From a virus: DNA of 64,000 bases. Made by a program: the position numbers and the translations under genes. A model generated the notes under the pieces. The model made no database searches. It saw only the letters and a program-made list of their open reading frames with translations, and was not told the origin of the DNA. This document shows positions 1 through 8,046 of this stretch, piece by piece. Numbering within the stretch: position 1 is the stretch's first letter; each line of letters begins with the position of its first letter. The stretch is taken from positions 96,001-160,000 of IMG/VR virus record IMGVR_UViG_3300031418_000005. One strand, 5' to 3'.

Positions 1-540
1 CATCCCTTCCACCGGAAAGTGAATGTACAGGTCGAAGCTCTTGACTTGGTCTTTGTGTACGGTCATAAACATATCCATCGGTTCGGCGAAATGTTCCTTG
101 ACTGCATCACAGATGGCCTGCAGCATCAAACCATTGGCATATTCGCGCAGGACATCCCACGCAGATTCACCCTGAGTCTTACACTGTTCGTAGACAGCCA
201 ACAACGGTTTCAGGTCATCGAACACGACACTCGGTGACCCGCTTTCCATCATCTCGTCAAACTTCCAGCGACGGTACTCAACATTCAACGCCCTCAGGTA
301 TTCGCTCAGCTGATGGAAATCTGAACGGGTGCCAGGGAAACGCAGTTCCCGTGTGGAAGACAACAGCGCCCAACCGGTATTCCGGTGGAGCTCCGCTTCA
401 TTCAATTCTTCCACCGGTAAACTGATATGGAGTCGGGGGATGCTGCGGATGTACTGAATCACCCGCTGCAAGAACCATTCGCCATCGTTTACATAACCCA
501 GCACACCTAAGTCGACGCAAATAAGGTGGTTCGCTCTCAC
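1..540 (-). CDS. hypothetical protein, 3'-truncated at window edge
   Basis: Hand-translated open frame from GTG 540 (MRANHLICVDLGVLGY...) running off position 1 without a stop; co-oriented with neighbours. Confidence 0.7.
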   Translation of the reverse strand, partial: MRANHLICVDLGVLGYVNDGEWFLQRVIQYIRSIPRLHISLPVEELNEAELHRNTGWALLSSTRELRFPGTRSDFHQLSEYLRALNVEYRRWKFDEMMESGSPSVVFDDLKPLLAVYEQCKTQGESAWDVLREYANGLMLQAICDAVKEHFAEPMDMFMTVHKDQVKSFDLYIHFPVEGM

Positions 541-561
541 CCTATATAACATCTTCGCCCC

Positions 562-993
562 TTAACATTCTACGCAAATGGTTGCACTACCTATCTCTTT
601 CATAAGGAGAGAGACCTGGGTGCGTTTAGCCGCTTCTTCTCGCGGAAGACCGGTTTCTGTCCACATCCGCTCCACAGTATTGAGGATACGGGTAAACTGA
701 ACGTCTTCGCTAATCTTCCACGACATGTGCGACATCAGCAACGGTACCACCTTCTCGCGACCCCACATTTGGGATAACTGCGTCACAATAAGATGAGGCT
801 CAGGTGCAATAAAGGTTAAGAACCCTTCACCCTCACCGGCACGCTTTGCAATAGAACGCACGGTTTCTTCGGCGTACTTCGCCAGAAATAAATAAGCGAT
901 AGCGGGCTCCACCTCGTTCTCGTTCGCGAGGTGTGCCCGTTCAATCAGCTCATCAAAGTTGTAGATTTCCGCCACGTCCAAGTAAAGTTTCAT
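562..993 (-). CDS. hypothetical jumbo-phage protein
   Basis: 143-aa ORF in overlapping minus-strand chain. Confidence 0.75.
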   Translation of the reverse strand: MKLYLDVAEIYNFDELIERAHLANENEVEPAIAYLFLAKYAEETVRSIAKRAGEGEGFLTFIAPEPHLIVTQLSQMWGREKVVPLLMSHMSWKISEDVQFTRILNTVERMWTETGLPREEAAKRTQVSLLMKEIGSATICVEC

Positions 994-1543
994 TGCAGAT
1001 CACCACCATACCTTCAAATGATTCCCCGATGTAACTGACGATTTCGCCTGGTAACATCGATTCAATCAGAGCAGCTAACCCGGTTCGGGTAGATAGCTCT
1101 TTTGTTAGTTGCTCCTTCGCTGCCACCAATGCAGCGAAATGATTTAGCTCATCGCTGTCTTCGGCACAGAGAAACGTGCTGCTCTCGTCTTCGGTTTCTG
1201 AGAACGCATCATCGATAATAAGCATGTGTTGTGGCAACAGCTTATCACCGGGATTCGCACCTAATTGAATTTCCATGCCGGATGAGTCGCATTGCGGATT
1301 CCAGTTCCCAATCGGGTTACAGGTCATGTGCATCAGCAAACTGTCAAGCATGTCTGGGTTGCGGTACTTGGTAGCAATGATGTACGCCCAGGCATAGTCC
1401 TGATAGAACTGCCGAATGTTGTGTTCAGCAATTTCCAGATTTCCGGCCTCGATACAACCGAGGACGTTATCGCGCACATTCTCAAAGAACTTTAACGAGC
1501 CATAACGGTTGACTTCGTTGGGCACGTCGTAAATGAGTCTCAT
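953..1543 (-). CDS. hypothetical jumbo-phage protein
   Basis: 196-aa ORF; GGAGGG RBS; ATGA overlap with upstream gene. Confidence 0.75.
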   Translation of the reverse strand: MRLIYDVPNEVNRYGSLKFFENVRDNVLGCIEAGNLEIAEHNIRQFYQDYAWAYIIATKYRNPDMLDSLLMHMTCNPIGNWNPQCDSSGMEIQLGANPGDKLLPQHMLIIDDAFSETEDESSTFLCAEDSDELNHFAALVAAKEQLTKELSTRTGLAALIESMLPGEIVSYIGESFEGMVVICNETLLGRGGNLQL

Positions 1544-2049
1544 AGCTTCCCTCCAAGATTACCAAACAGCATTTCGATTACTGCCAGTAATGTTGGCGTC
1601 ACACGCTCAGCCATCCCTGGTTGTTCGTATTGTGGAAACTTCTGCATGGAATAACGCAGCAGAAACTCAACACCCCCGGTGCGACTTTTCGCACCGTATC
1701 GCGCACCTACCCAGGTTCCGTATCGAGTAAACCAATACGGGTGGTTAGACACGGCGGTCATAAACGCTTTGCCGACTTCCTGAATAGCGACAGCGTACTC
1801 AATCACTGCGTCACCTTCGATGACGTAGCCGTGGGAGTTCAGTTCACGCGCCACGTAGTCAAACGTCTTCGGCATACTGAATCCCACGTTGTCCCCAATG
1901 GTACCCTTTTCCACAAACGACATCGCCAAATTGATGATGCTGTTCAGGTCATCATTCACCTCTCGAAGAACGGCATTGGGATCGAACTCCGAGAGCGGAC
2001 CGCAGATAAGCTGGTAGTCCGGGATAAAGAAATATTCGCTATCCAACAT
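1540..2049 (-). CDS. hypothetical jumbo-phage protein
   Basis: 169-aa ORF; AGGAG RBS. Confidence 0.8.
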   Translation of the reverse strand: MLDSEYFFIPDYQLICGPLSEFDPNAVLREVNDDLNSIINLAMSFVEKGTIGDNVGFSMPKTFDYVARELNSHGYVIEGDAVIEYAVAIQEVGKAFMTAVSNHPYWFTRYGTWVGARYGAKSRTGGVEFLLRYSMQKFPQYEQPGMAERVTPTLLAVIEMLFGNLGGKL

Positions 2050-2434
2050 GGGTCACTCCTGCTGTATACATTTTCCAGATTCCGAACTCCACATGCCAGA
2101 GCAGAAAATCAGAACTGGGGAGCATGGTCAACTCCTGTTCCACTAATTCCCATAAACGAGTGGAATGCTGTAAATAAGTTTCGATTGCTCGACTGTTGAA
2201 GTATTCTTCGTTAGGGTCAAGTATCGGGTGCCGTCTTACCATATCGCCAAAGATATCACGGAGTATGGGATACGCAATGTCATGACGACGTCGCATAACC
2301 TCCAACCGGATAAGTTGCTCGAGATAGTAATCAACTGTATCCGATACATCCAGATAACCCTTGTACGCAAACTTCTTGACAATCGACATGATTTCCGTAT
2401 AGGTGTGCGGAAAGTCAAGGTAGATAGTCATCAT
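2039..2434 (-). CDS. hypothetical jumbo-phage protein
   Basis: 131-aa ORF in chain. Confidence 0.75.
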   Translation of the reverse strand: MMTIYLDFPHTYTEIMSIVKKFAYKGYLDVSDTVDYYLEQLIRLEVMRRRHDIAYPILRDIFGDMVRRHPILDPNEEYFNSRAIETYLQHSTRLWELVEQELTMLPSSDFLLWHVEFGIWKMYTAGVTHVG

Positions 2435-2783
2435 AAATGTCAGTCATCTTCCGAGGGATAAAGCGGATAAACCTACCCACTATCCGGTAGTGATATCGCC
2501 AGCCTTTGAGAGGAATGCCCATTTCCTCACTCATGGCCTGACGGACATGTACTGCCATCATGCTTACTTCGGCAGCGGTAGAACGCCGGTAACAATTTAC
2601 GATAGCCGCCACGACACGACTGTCCCATGCACCGTGTTCGGTTACATTGCCCACGAAATACTCAATCAAGTCCAGGATAATGTGTTTGATTTGCTGCACG
2701 TCGTAACCTTCCCGACGAACCAGCACATCATCATTCAAAATCCTCAGATACGCCTTGCTCGCGATATGGTCGATGAGCGTCAT
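2415..2783 (-). CDS. hypothetical jumbo-phage protein
   Basis: ORF 2415..2897; start re-assigned to ATG 2783 (MTLIDHIAS) to reduce overlap. Confidence 0.65.
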   Translation of the reverse strand: MTLIDHIASKAYLRILNDDVLVRREGYDVQQIKHIILDLIEYFVGNVTEHGAWDSRVVAAIVNCYRRSTAAEVSMMAVHVRQAMSEEMGIPLKGWRYHYRIVGRFIRFIPRKMTDIYDDYLP

Positions 2784-3384
2784 GTGGACGATATCTTTTG
2801 TTTGGGAAGGACTTGCGGTAGTGGATGAATCTGATGTCCTCTCCAATTTTGAGCTCCAGTGAGGCCACTTGACCACGCGGGGTAAGATGAGGTTCAACCT
2901 CTACCGTCGCGTAACGATTGAACGGCTGCTTCGCGGCAATGAACGCAGCTTTGATAACGTTCTCGACTTCATCGAGAAACACATCGTAGCAAGGTTCAAA
3001 CGCTATCCCCAACAGATAACGCGTTGGTTTTAACACCGCGACTTCCTGACGATTATATCCCATTGGTGACGAACCCAACCCGTCATGGGAAACCATCATT
3101 GTCCGGCGCTGAATCCGTTTCGGTGGGGCGATGAGTTGGTCAGCGACTAATGCCATTGACAAATCAAACGCATCCACAAACGGTTCCAGATGATCCGGTA
3201 AACGACAGTTTGGTTGTTCAGGAATGGAGTAGAAGATATCTTCCAGTGCTGTGTGAAGTAGCTGTACAGTAACAGTCTGCTTCTCTTGGGGTGTCATCCG
3301 CAAAGTGGTAGCATATGAGGATGATTCCACTGCGCTCCAGAAGCAATTATGAACCGCATTTGGCTCGAGGTGAATTCTGACCAC
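2731..3384 (-). CDS. hypothetical jumbo-phage protein
   Basis: 217-aa ORF. Confidence 0.75.
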   Translation of the reverse strand: MVRIHLEPNAVHNCFWSAVESSSYATTLRMTPQEKQTVTVQLLHTALEDIFYSIPEQPNCRLPDHLEPFVDAFDLSMALVADQLIAPPKRIQRRTMMVSHDGLGSSPMGYNRQEVAVLKPTRYLLGIAFEPCYDVFLDEVENVIKAAFIAAKQPFNRYATVEVEPHLTPRGQVASLELKIGEDIRFIHYRKSFPNKRYRPHDAHRPYREQGVSEDFE

Positions 3385-3617
3385 GTTTGCACAACTCCGT
3401 TATTATAAAGGAAAGGATTACGATGGTATGGACCGAGTGCCGAGATCGTGTACCACGCTTCCGAGCCGAAATATCTTTCGGCAATGCTTAATTGCTCAGA
3501 CGGTAAGTCATGAAGTCCAGGAAAGATTAACTCTTGCATACAGAGCAAGGTTAGTTCCGGACTGGTATCAAGAATGTGACTCACGTCTAATCGAAAATTG
3601 AAAAACACGCGCGTCAT
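3294..3617 (-). CDS. hypothetical protein, first gene of the chain
   Basis: 107-aa ORF; AAGGAG RBS; shared promoter-like motif upstream. Confidence 0.75.
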   Translation of the reverse strand: MTRVFFNFRLDVSHILDTSPELTLLCMQELIFPGLHDLPSEQLSIAERYFGSEAWYTISALGPYHRNPFLYNNGVVQTWSEFTSSQMRFIIASGAQWNHPHMLPLCG

Positions 3618-3646
3618 TTAATACTCCTTAAGGGGAACTTCACGAA

Positions 3647-3675
3647 GATAATATCTATGCAAAATATCTTCGAGT
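3647..3675 (-). promoter_or_regulatory. putative phage (early/vRNAP-type) promoter
   Basis: Minus-strand AGATATTATC core, repeated upstream of other minus-strand operons (15451, 62160). Confidence 0.55.
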
Positions 3676-3777
3676 ATGGTGCGCACAGGAAGGGCGCTAC
3701 GCGTATTTTTTATTGGCAGTATACACTGCATTACCCGATGCTATGAATCGTCGTACGTGCTTCACAGGAGCTCTAGA

Positions 3778-4590
3778 ATGAGTGTTATCGATTATTGCCT
3801 CCGGCGTGTACGTCGGAAAATACCGGAGCCCATTTTACGGGCTGCGTTTGTCCCGGAGAACATGCGCCTGCTTGGCATCGCCTCGTCTCTGGATAATGAG
3901 ATTATGGAAAAGGTCTTTAAAGAGTATCTGATCCCTGAGGTCTCCCGCATGGGTCAATACACCGAGATTGACTTACAGGGGGTCGCCTTTGAAAACGATA
4001 CGCAAGACTACTACAGTCGTGTCTATTACATCGACGACATCAAAACCGGTGGTCGTCCGCTTATTGATGCACATCTCGCGGTCACTCCGGTCGCCGGGCA
4101 GGCGTACACGCTACCGCCCGCAGGTTCATATCTTGACGGTGCAACGTCCGGGATAATGGCCTCGACTCAACAGGTGGTGGATAGCCAGTCTGCAATGCCG
4201 CGTATCGGTTCCCCAGAATGTAAAGTGTTGGGGCCGAATGTCATCCGTATCAAAGATCCTGGTATGTTTGTGTACGCCACCAAAATCATGGCGAAGTTCA
4301 TGCTGTCCGATGACCTGAACGAAATCAAAGCGCCTTTCTGGCCGGTGGTTGCCGATCTGGCCGTCTATGCTACCAAAGAACAAATCTATAACAAGATGAT
4401 GTTCGATATGGACGCCGGGAAGATTGAAAACGGGATGGAGTTTGGTGCCTTCCGTAATATCATCGAAGGGTACTCAGATGCCGGTGAGATGTTTGATGAT
4501 AATCTCCCGCGTATGCAGCGTGCACTGGTACACAACGATGACCTGGGCAACCGTTACAACTATCTGAATGGCGGACGCTACAAAGCGTAA
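3778..4590 (+). CDS. conserved phiKZ-like protein, probably virion structural
   Basis: ATG 3778 with AGGAG RBS (MSVIDYCLRRV...), 270 aa; lone plus-strand gene ending at a bidirectional terminator. Confidence 0.6.
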   Translation: MSVIDYCLRRVRRKIPEPILRAAFVPENMRLLGIASSLDNEIMEKVFKEYLIPEVSRMGQYTEIDLQGVAFENDTQDYYSRVYYIDDIKTGGRPLIDAHLAVTPVAGQAYTLPPAGSYLDGATSGIMASTQQVVDSQSAMPRIGSPECKVLGPNVIRIKDPGMFVYATKIMAKFMLSDDLNEIKAPFWPVVADLAVYATKEQIYNKMMFDMDAGKIENGMEFGAFRNIIEGYSDAGEMFDDNLPRMQRALVHNDDLGNRYNYLNGGRYKA

Positions 4591-4591
4591 G

Positions 4592-4640
4592 AAAAAAAGA
4601 AACATCCCCCTACTCTTTCGAGTAGGGGTACTTCTTTTTT
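4592..4640. terminator. bidirectional intrinsic terminator
   Basis: A-tract, CCCCTACTC-tttc-GAGTAGGGG hairpin, T-tract between convergent genes. Confidence 0.8.
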
Positions 4641-5028
4641 AACTGCCCTGGGTTAACATGTTCTTCAAATGGCACGCGGTACCGGCAGCCCACGCATCAC
4701 CTTCACGAACCACCTCGGACTGCGCGTTAAGTAAGCGGCGCAAAGAGATAATGTTTTCAGCCTCACCCGCAACCGGGAATCGGGCAGGTTGAGTGGCGCT
4801 TGCAACATAGGCTTCGACATCGTCAAAACCGTCTGGTACAGACCAGTCAATTTCCGCGTCAGCGGCCACATCCAAATGTCGCGTGTTGTGGTGTTCATCC
4901 GGATGAAATGTGAAACCCCACAACGTCATCTCGATGAGTGCGGCATCGAGTTCAGTGCGTGGCTTGATATTCTGAAGAGAATCCGGGTGAGCCATAATCA
5001 CGTCCATCGGACGCAGTTTCTTCTTCAT
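4639..5028 (-). CDS. hypothetical protein
   Basis: Start ATG 5028 (MKKKLRP) with AAGGAG RBS; 129 aa. Confidence 0.75.
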   Translation of the reverse strand: MKKKLRPMDVIMAHPDSLQNIKPRTELDAALIEMTLWGFTFHPDEHHNTRHLDVAADAEIDWSVPDGFDDVEAYVASATQPARFPVAGEAENIISLRRLLNAQSEVVREGDAWAAGTACHLKNMLTQGS

Positions 5029-5096
5029 GATACGTCTCCTTTGGAATCTATTACAGCACAGACTCCCAAAAGGATTGGTAGGTGCCGTAAAAAAGG

Positions 5097-5504
5097 TCAA
5101 TGTAGGGTGGACAATGTTTTATAGTGTTTGAGTTGGAATGTATAAAACCCGTCCAGTAACACCGCGAAAATCTCCTCATAGGGATGGCTTTTGCTTTTGA
5201 GTGCCAGCGCCATCTCTTTCATAAACGAGTTGATAAACCGTTCGGTGGGTGAAGTGCATTCGGTACGCGTGATGTTAATCCCGGTATCAACAACGGGGAT
5301 ATCCGGGCCACGGCGAAACCCTACAGCTTTAATTGCTGACAGAGACTGGAACCAGTGAATGTAATCTGGGTGCATTGTCAACAGGGGAATCAAATCCAGG
5401 AAAAGGTGTTGCTCCCATTCACAACCGGGTAAGCAGGTGGTTGGGATTTGCCCGTCACTCAGGGCGGAGTAAAACTCGATGTGGTTTAAGCTTGTATGTT
5501 TCAC
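5097..5504 (-). CDS. hypothetical protein
   Basis: 135-aa ORF, GTG start, AGGAGG RBS. Confidence 0.75.
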   Translation of the reverse strand: MKHTSLNHIEFYSALSDGQIPTTCLPGCEWEQHLFLDLIPLLTMHPDYIHWFQSLSAIKAVGFRRGPDIPVVDTGINITRTECTSPTERFINSFMKEMALALKSKSHPYEEIFAVLLDGFYTFQLKHYKTLSTLH

Positions 5505-5591
5505 GGCGACTACCTCCTATAACTATTAGCAGAGCCGTAAAAATGCAAAAAAAAAATGGGGCCACAAAGGACCCCAAAGCATCGACTTCAC

Positions 5592-6563
5592 CTACAATAC
5601 GGTGTGCCAGTCTTCGGGAGTAAACATATCGAAGACGTCGTTTGGCATGGTTACACTGATAGTATTTTTCGGTGTGGTGTAACCGATTGGAAAGACCTGG
5701 TCGACTTGCGGTAAGTTCAAGCGCATGTACCCAGTTGGGTCAATGCTATCACCGAAGACGTGGTTATTGAGAATCAAGGAACGGTGGTACATCGTGTACG
5801 CTGGGAAGATATCCGGCGACGTCAGTACCGTTAACACATCAGAGCGCAGACGATTGAACTCATGACGGCTAATGATTTCTTTGTCCCGGCGCATAGCTTG
5901 CAAGTCGAGATAACGGGCAATGTCATAACCGTCTTGCATCGGGTTCACCCAGTGGGCTTTACGGTCGAAACGACTTCCGTGTAACGTCCGATGAATGCGT
6001 TCACCTGCCCGCCAGGCTGACAGAACTTCTTTCACGTTAAAGGTATCCGCCGGAGGCGGTACTTCTACCCTCTGCGTCATTATCCGACGGCCGGTTAATT
6101 GCTGGGCATCGTCTTGTGCACCCACGGCATCGAACAGGTCACGCAAGACACGGGTCTTGATACGCAACCCACCGTTGACGTAGGTCAAACGACGACCGAG
6201 ACCTTCACCGCCATGTTCCGTATACAGAGCCTGGCCAAAGTGGCGGATAAACTCTATTACGGTAAACTCGGCACTAAAGGTTGGTGACTCGTAGTGCATC
6301 TTCACATACGGGCTGGTTGGGATGTGATTCATTTCCTGGTCACGCCAGAAATAGAAACGGAACTTGTGGCGGTCGTACGTCAGGGCATCGGCTACCGCAC
6401 GGTACGCATTCCAGAACTCGTAGTTCGCACTCGGCAACGCTACGTAGTTATCAAAGTGCAAAGGCAGGAACGGACGAATCCGGGTGGCTTCTTCACGGCT
6501 GTAGTGGGCGGCTACTAAACCATCAATAGCAGAAGCAGCAGTAGGGCGGTAATTACGTGGCAT
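5592..6563 (-). CDS. hypothetical (likely early) protein
   Basis: 323-aa ORF, AAGGAG RBS, promoter motif upstream. Confidence 0.8.
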   Translation of the reverse strand: MPRNYRPTAASAIDGLVAAHYSREEATRIRPFLPLHFDNYVALPSANYEFWNAYRAVADALTYDRHKFRFYFWRDQEMNHIPTSPYVKMHYESPTFSAEFTVIEFIRHFGQALYTEHGGEGLGRRLTYVNGGLRIKTRVLRDLFDAVGAQDDAQQLTGRRIMTQRVEVPPPADTFNVKEVLSAWRAGERIHRTLHGSRFDRKAHWVNPMQDGYDIARYLDLQAMRRDKEIISRHEFNRLRSDVLTVLTSPDIFPAYTMYHRSLILNNHVFGDSIDPTGYMRLNLPQVDQVFPIGYTTPKNTISVTMPNDVFDMFTPEDWHTVL

Positions 6564-6630
6564 GGTATAACTCCTTTAAGGCTATAGTCGAATGGGTCGC
6601 TTGGAGATAAGGTTTTCTCATCTCGTATAG

Positions 6631-6660
6631 GTAAAATATATCTGTGATATTTTCGAATGC
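6631..6660 (-). promoter_or_regulatory. putative phage early promoter
   Basis: GCATTCGAAAATATCACAGATATATTTTAC, near-identical to 29956-29985. Confidence 0.65.
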
Positions 6661-6702
6661 AAAAAAAATAAAAAAGAATACACCCACTCCGAAGAGTGGG
6701 TG
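6661..6702 (-). terminator. terminator closing the tRNA/ncRNA transcript
   Basis: CACCCACTC-TTCG-GAGTGGGTG hairpin followed by long U-tract on minus strand. Confidence 0.85.
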
Positions 6703-6705
6703 CTT

Positions 6706-6995
6706 CCCTGGTACTGGCATTGAAATTACAACAGGAGCGTCTTCCTGGGCAGAACGCGGGTCGCGTTCGGAAGACATTTAGCGCATCGGCATGGGCTAAT
6801 TGATTCCGGTTACATCCGCACCAACGCACCAGGCAGGGTTCACGGAAATGATGATGCAACCAGAAAGTGGTTCACCATCCCGTACCCCGAAACGCGTCTG
6901 GAGACTAACGTAAAGGATACGGAACAGCGAATGGTTTTTCGTGCTACCCCCGACCATGGATGGATTTGTCTTAGGAATGTCTCCGGGACAAGGGT
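6706..6995 (-). ncRNA. candidate ~290-nt structured ncRNA
   Basis: No credible ORF; nested helices (CCTGGTGC/GTACCAGG, GTCTTCC/GGAAGAC, GAACGCG/CGCGTTC, TCCGTATCC/GGGTACGGG) between tRNA-Asn and terminator. Confidence 0.55.
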
Positions 6996-7005
6996 AACAC
7001 AAAAG

Positions 7006-7081
7006 TGGCGACTCCGGCAGGACTCGAACCTGCGACGAGATAATTAACAGTCATCCGTTCTACCAACTGAACTACAGAGTC
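7006..7081 (-). tRNA. trnN: tRNA-Asn(GTT)
   Basis: Full cloverleaf, anticodon loop CT-GTT-AA, TTCGAGT T-loop, encoded CCA. Confidence 0.95.
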
Positions 7082-7086
7082 ATAAA

Positions 7087-7165
7087 TCGCGAACACCGTA
7101 CTGGATTCGAACCAGTGAAAAATCCGATTATGGGTCGGGTGCTTTTTCCTCAAGCTAACGGGTTC
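7087..7165 (-). pseudogene. degenerate tRNA with CAT anticodon
   Basis: Intact D/T arms, loop CC-CAT-AA (C33), bulged acceptor stem, 3' GCGA instead of NCCA. Confidence 0.6.
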
Positions 7166-7171
7166 ATTGTA

Positions 7172-7247
7172 AGGTCAACGGTTATGGGATTCTAACCCAC
7201 CTGGTCTGTTCGCGAGCACAGTGCATCACAGTTTTGCTTACCGTCGA
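7172..7247 (-). pseudogene. degenerate tRNA-like element
   Basis: TCGACGG/CCGTTGA acceptor, T-arm GTGGG-TTAGAAT-CCCAT, 8-nt anticodon loop GCTCGCGA. Confidence 0.5.
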
Positions 7248-7252
7248 TAAAA

Positions 7253-7373
7253 GGGAAGTCACCACCGGACTTGAACCGGTAACCGCACCACTACGCCACC
7301 GCCATTATTGCACCGCGGTGCGTGTTGGTCAGTATTGGTCGTAAGGTGTGCTCTAATCTTGAGCTAGGCGACT
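7253..7373 (-). ncRNA. tRNA-like RNA with ~45-nt insert in the anticodon arm
   Basis: Canonical acceptor AGTCGCC/GGTGACT, D-arm GCTC/GAGC, T-arm ACCGG-TTCAAGT-CCGGT; 121 nt total. Confidence 0.7.
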
Positions 7374-7380
7374 ATAGATT

Positions 7381-7470
7381 TGGCGGAGAATGAAGGATTC
7401 GAACCTTCGGGCAGCTTGCGCCACCACTCCCTTAGCAGGGGAGCTCTTTCGGCCACTCGGACAATTCTCC
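7381..7470 (-). tRNA. trnS: tRNA-Ser(GCT)
   Basis: Cloverleaf with long variable arm, CT-GCT-AA loop, CCA. Confidence 0.95.
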
Positions 7471-7475
7471 GGAAC

Positions 7476-7553
7476 TGGGGTGTATGGAGAGACTCGAACT
7501 CTCGACCACTGACGTCACAAGCCAGTATTCTAACCAGCTGAACTACATACACC
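7476..7553 (-). tRNA. trnH: tRNA-His(GTG)
   Basis: Cloverleaf, TT-GTG-AC loop, G-1 and C73, CCA. Confidence 0.95.
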
Positions 7554-7559
7554 ACTAAA

Positions 7560-7640
7560 TGGGGGAACACCCAGGCTTCCACCCAGTCGAGTGGGGACGA
7601 ATCCATCACTCCTGTCATCACTGATGGTGACAATGTTCCC
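7560..7640 (-). ncRNA. CCA-ended cloverleaf-like non-tRNA
   Basis: GGGAACAT/GTGTTCCC terminal helix plus CCA, three internal hairpins, no TTC T-loop or 7-nt anticodon loop. Confidence 0.55.
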
Positions 7641-7647
7641 ATAATGC

Positions 7648-7724
7648 TGGTTGTCTCGAGTAGACTTGAACTACCGACCTCCCGCTTATCAGGCGAGCGC
7701 TCTAACCAACTGAGCTACGAGACA
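7648..7724 (-). tRNA. trnI: tRNA-Ile(GAT)
   Basis: Cloverleaf, CT-GAT-AA loop, CCA. Confidence 0.95.
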
Positions 7725-7733
7725 ATTTAAAAA

Positions 7734-7810
7734 TGGCAGAACCGATGGGGCTCGAACCCACGATCTCCTCCGTGACAGGGAGGCGTCTTAACCAACTCGA
7801 CTACGGCTCT
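7734..7810 (-). tRNA. trnD: tRNA-Asp(GTC)
   Basis: Cloverleaf, CT-GTC-AC loop, CCA. Confidence 0.95.
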
Positions 7811-7814
7811 ACAA

Positions 7815-7959
7815 TGGGTGACACTTCTCCGAATCCCACGGAGTTATACGGCTGCGCTTAGCGACCCTCTATCCGAGACCCTCAGGCCCAGTAGACGGTG
7901 GATGCTTTTATTGGCTGCCAGACCTCTAAGCTGCTCAAAGGCGGCGAGGGTCAGTGTCA
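7815..7959 (-). ncRNA. 145-nt RNA with tRNA-like acceptor stem, T-like arm and CCA
   Basis: TGACACT/AGTGTCA + C + CCA; CTCCG-TGGGATT-CGGAG 5-bp/7-nt arm next to it. Confidence 0.6.
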
Positions 7960-7964
7960 TTGTT

Positions 7965-8040
7965 TGGCGTTCCTGCGGAGAATTGAACTCCGGTTGCCTG
8001 GTTGAAAACCAGGTGTCCTGGACCACTAGACGACAGGAAC
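7965..8040 (-). tRNA. trnE: tRNA-Glu(TTC)
   Basis: Cloverleaf, TT-TTC-AA loop, CCA. Confidence 0.95.
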
Positions 8041-8046
8041 AAATAT

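Noticed and set aside
6706-6995. RNase P RNA or tmRNA
   Set aside because: No P4 consensus and no tRNA-Ala-like ends
7560-7640. tRNA-Sec
   Set aside because: 8-bp acceptor fits, but there is no TCA anticodon loop, variable arm or T-loop
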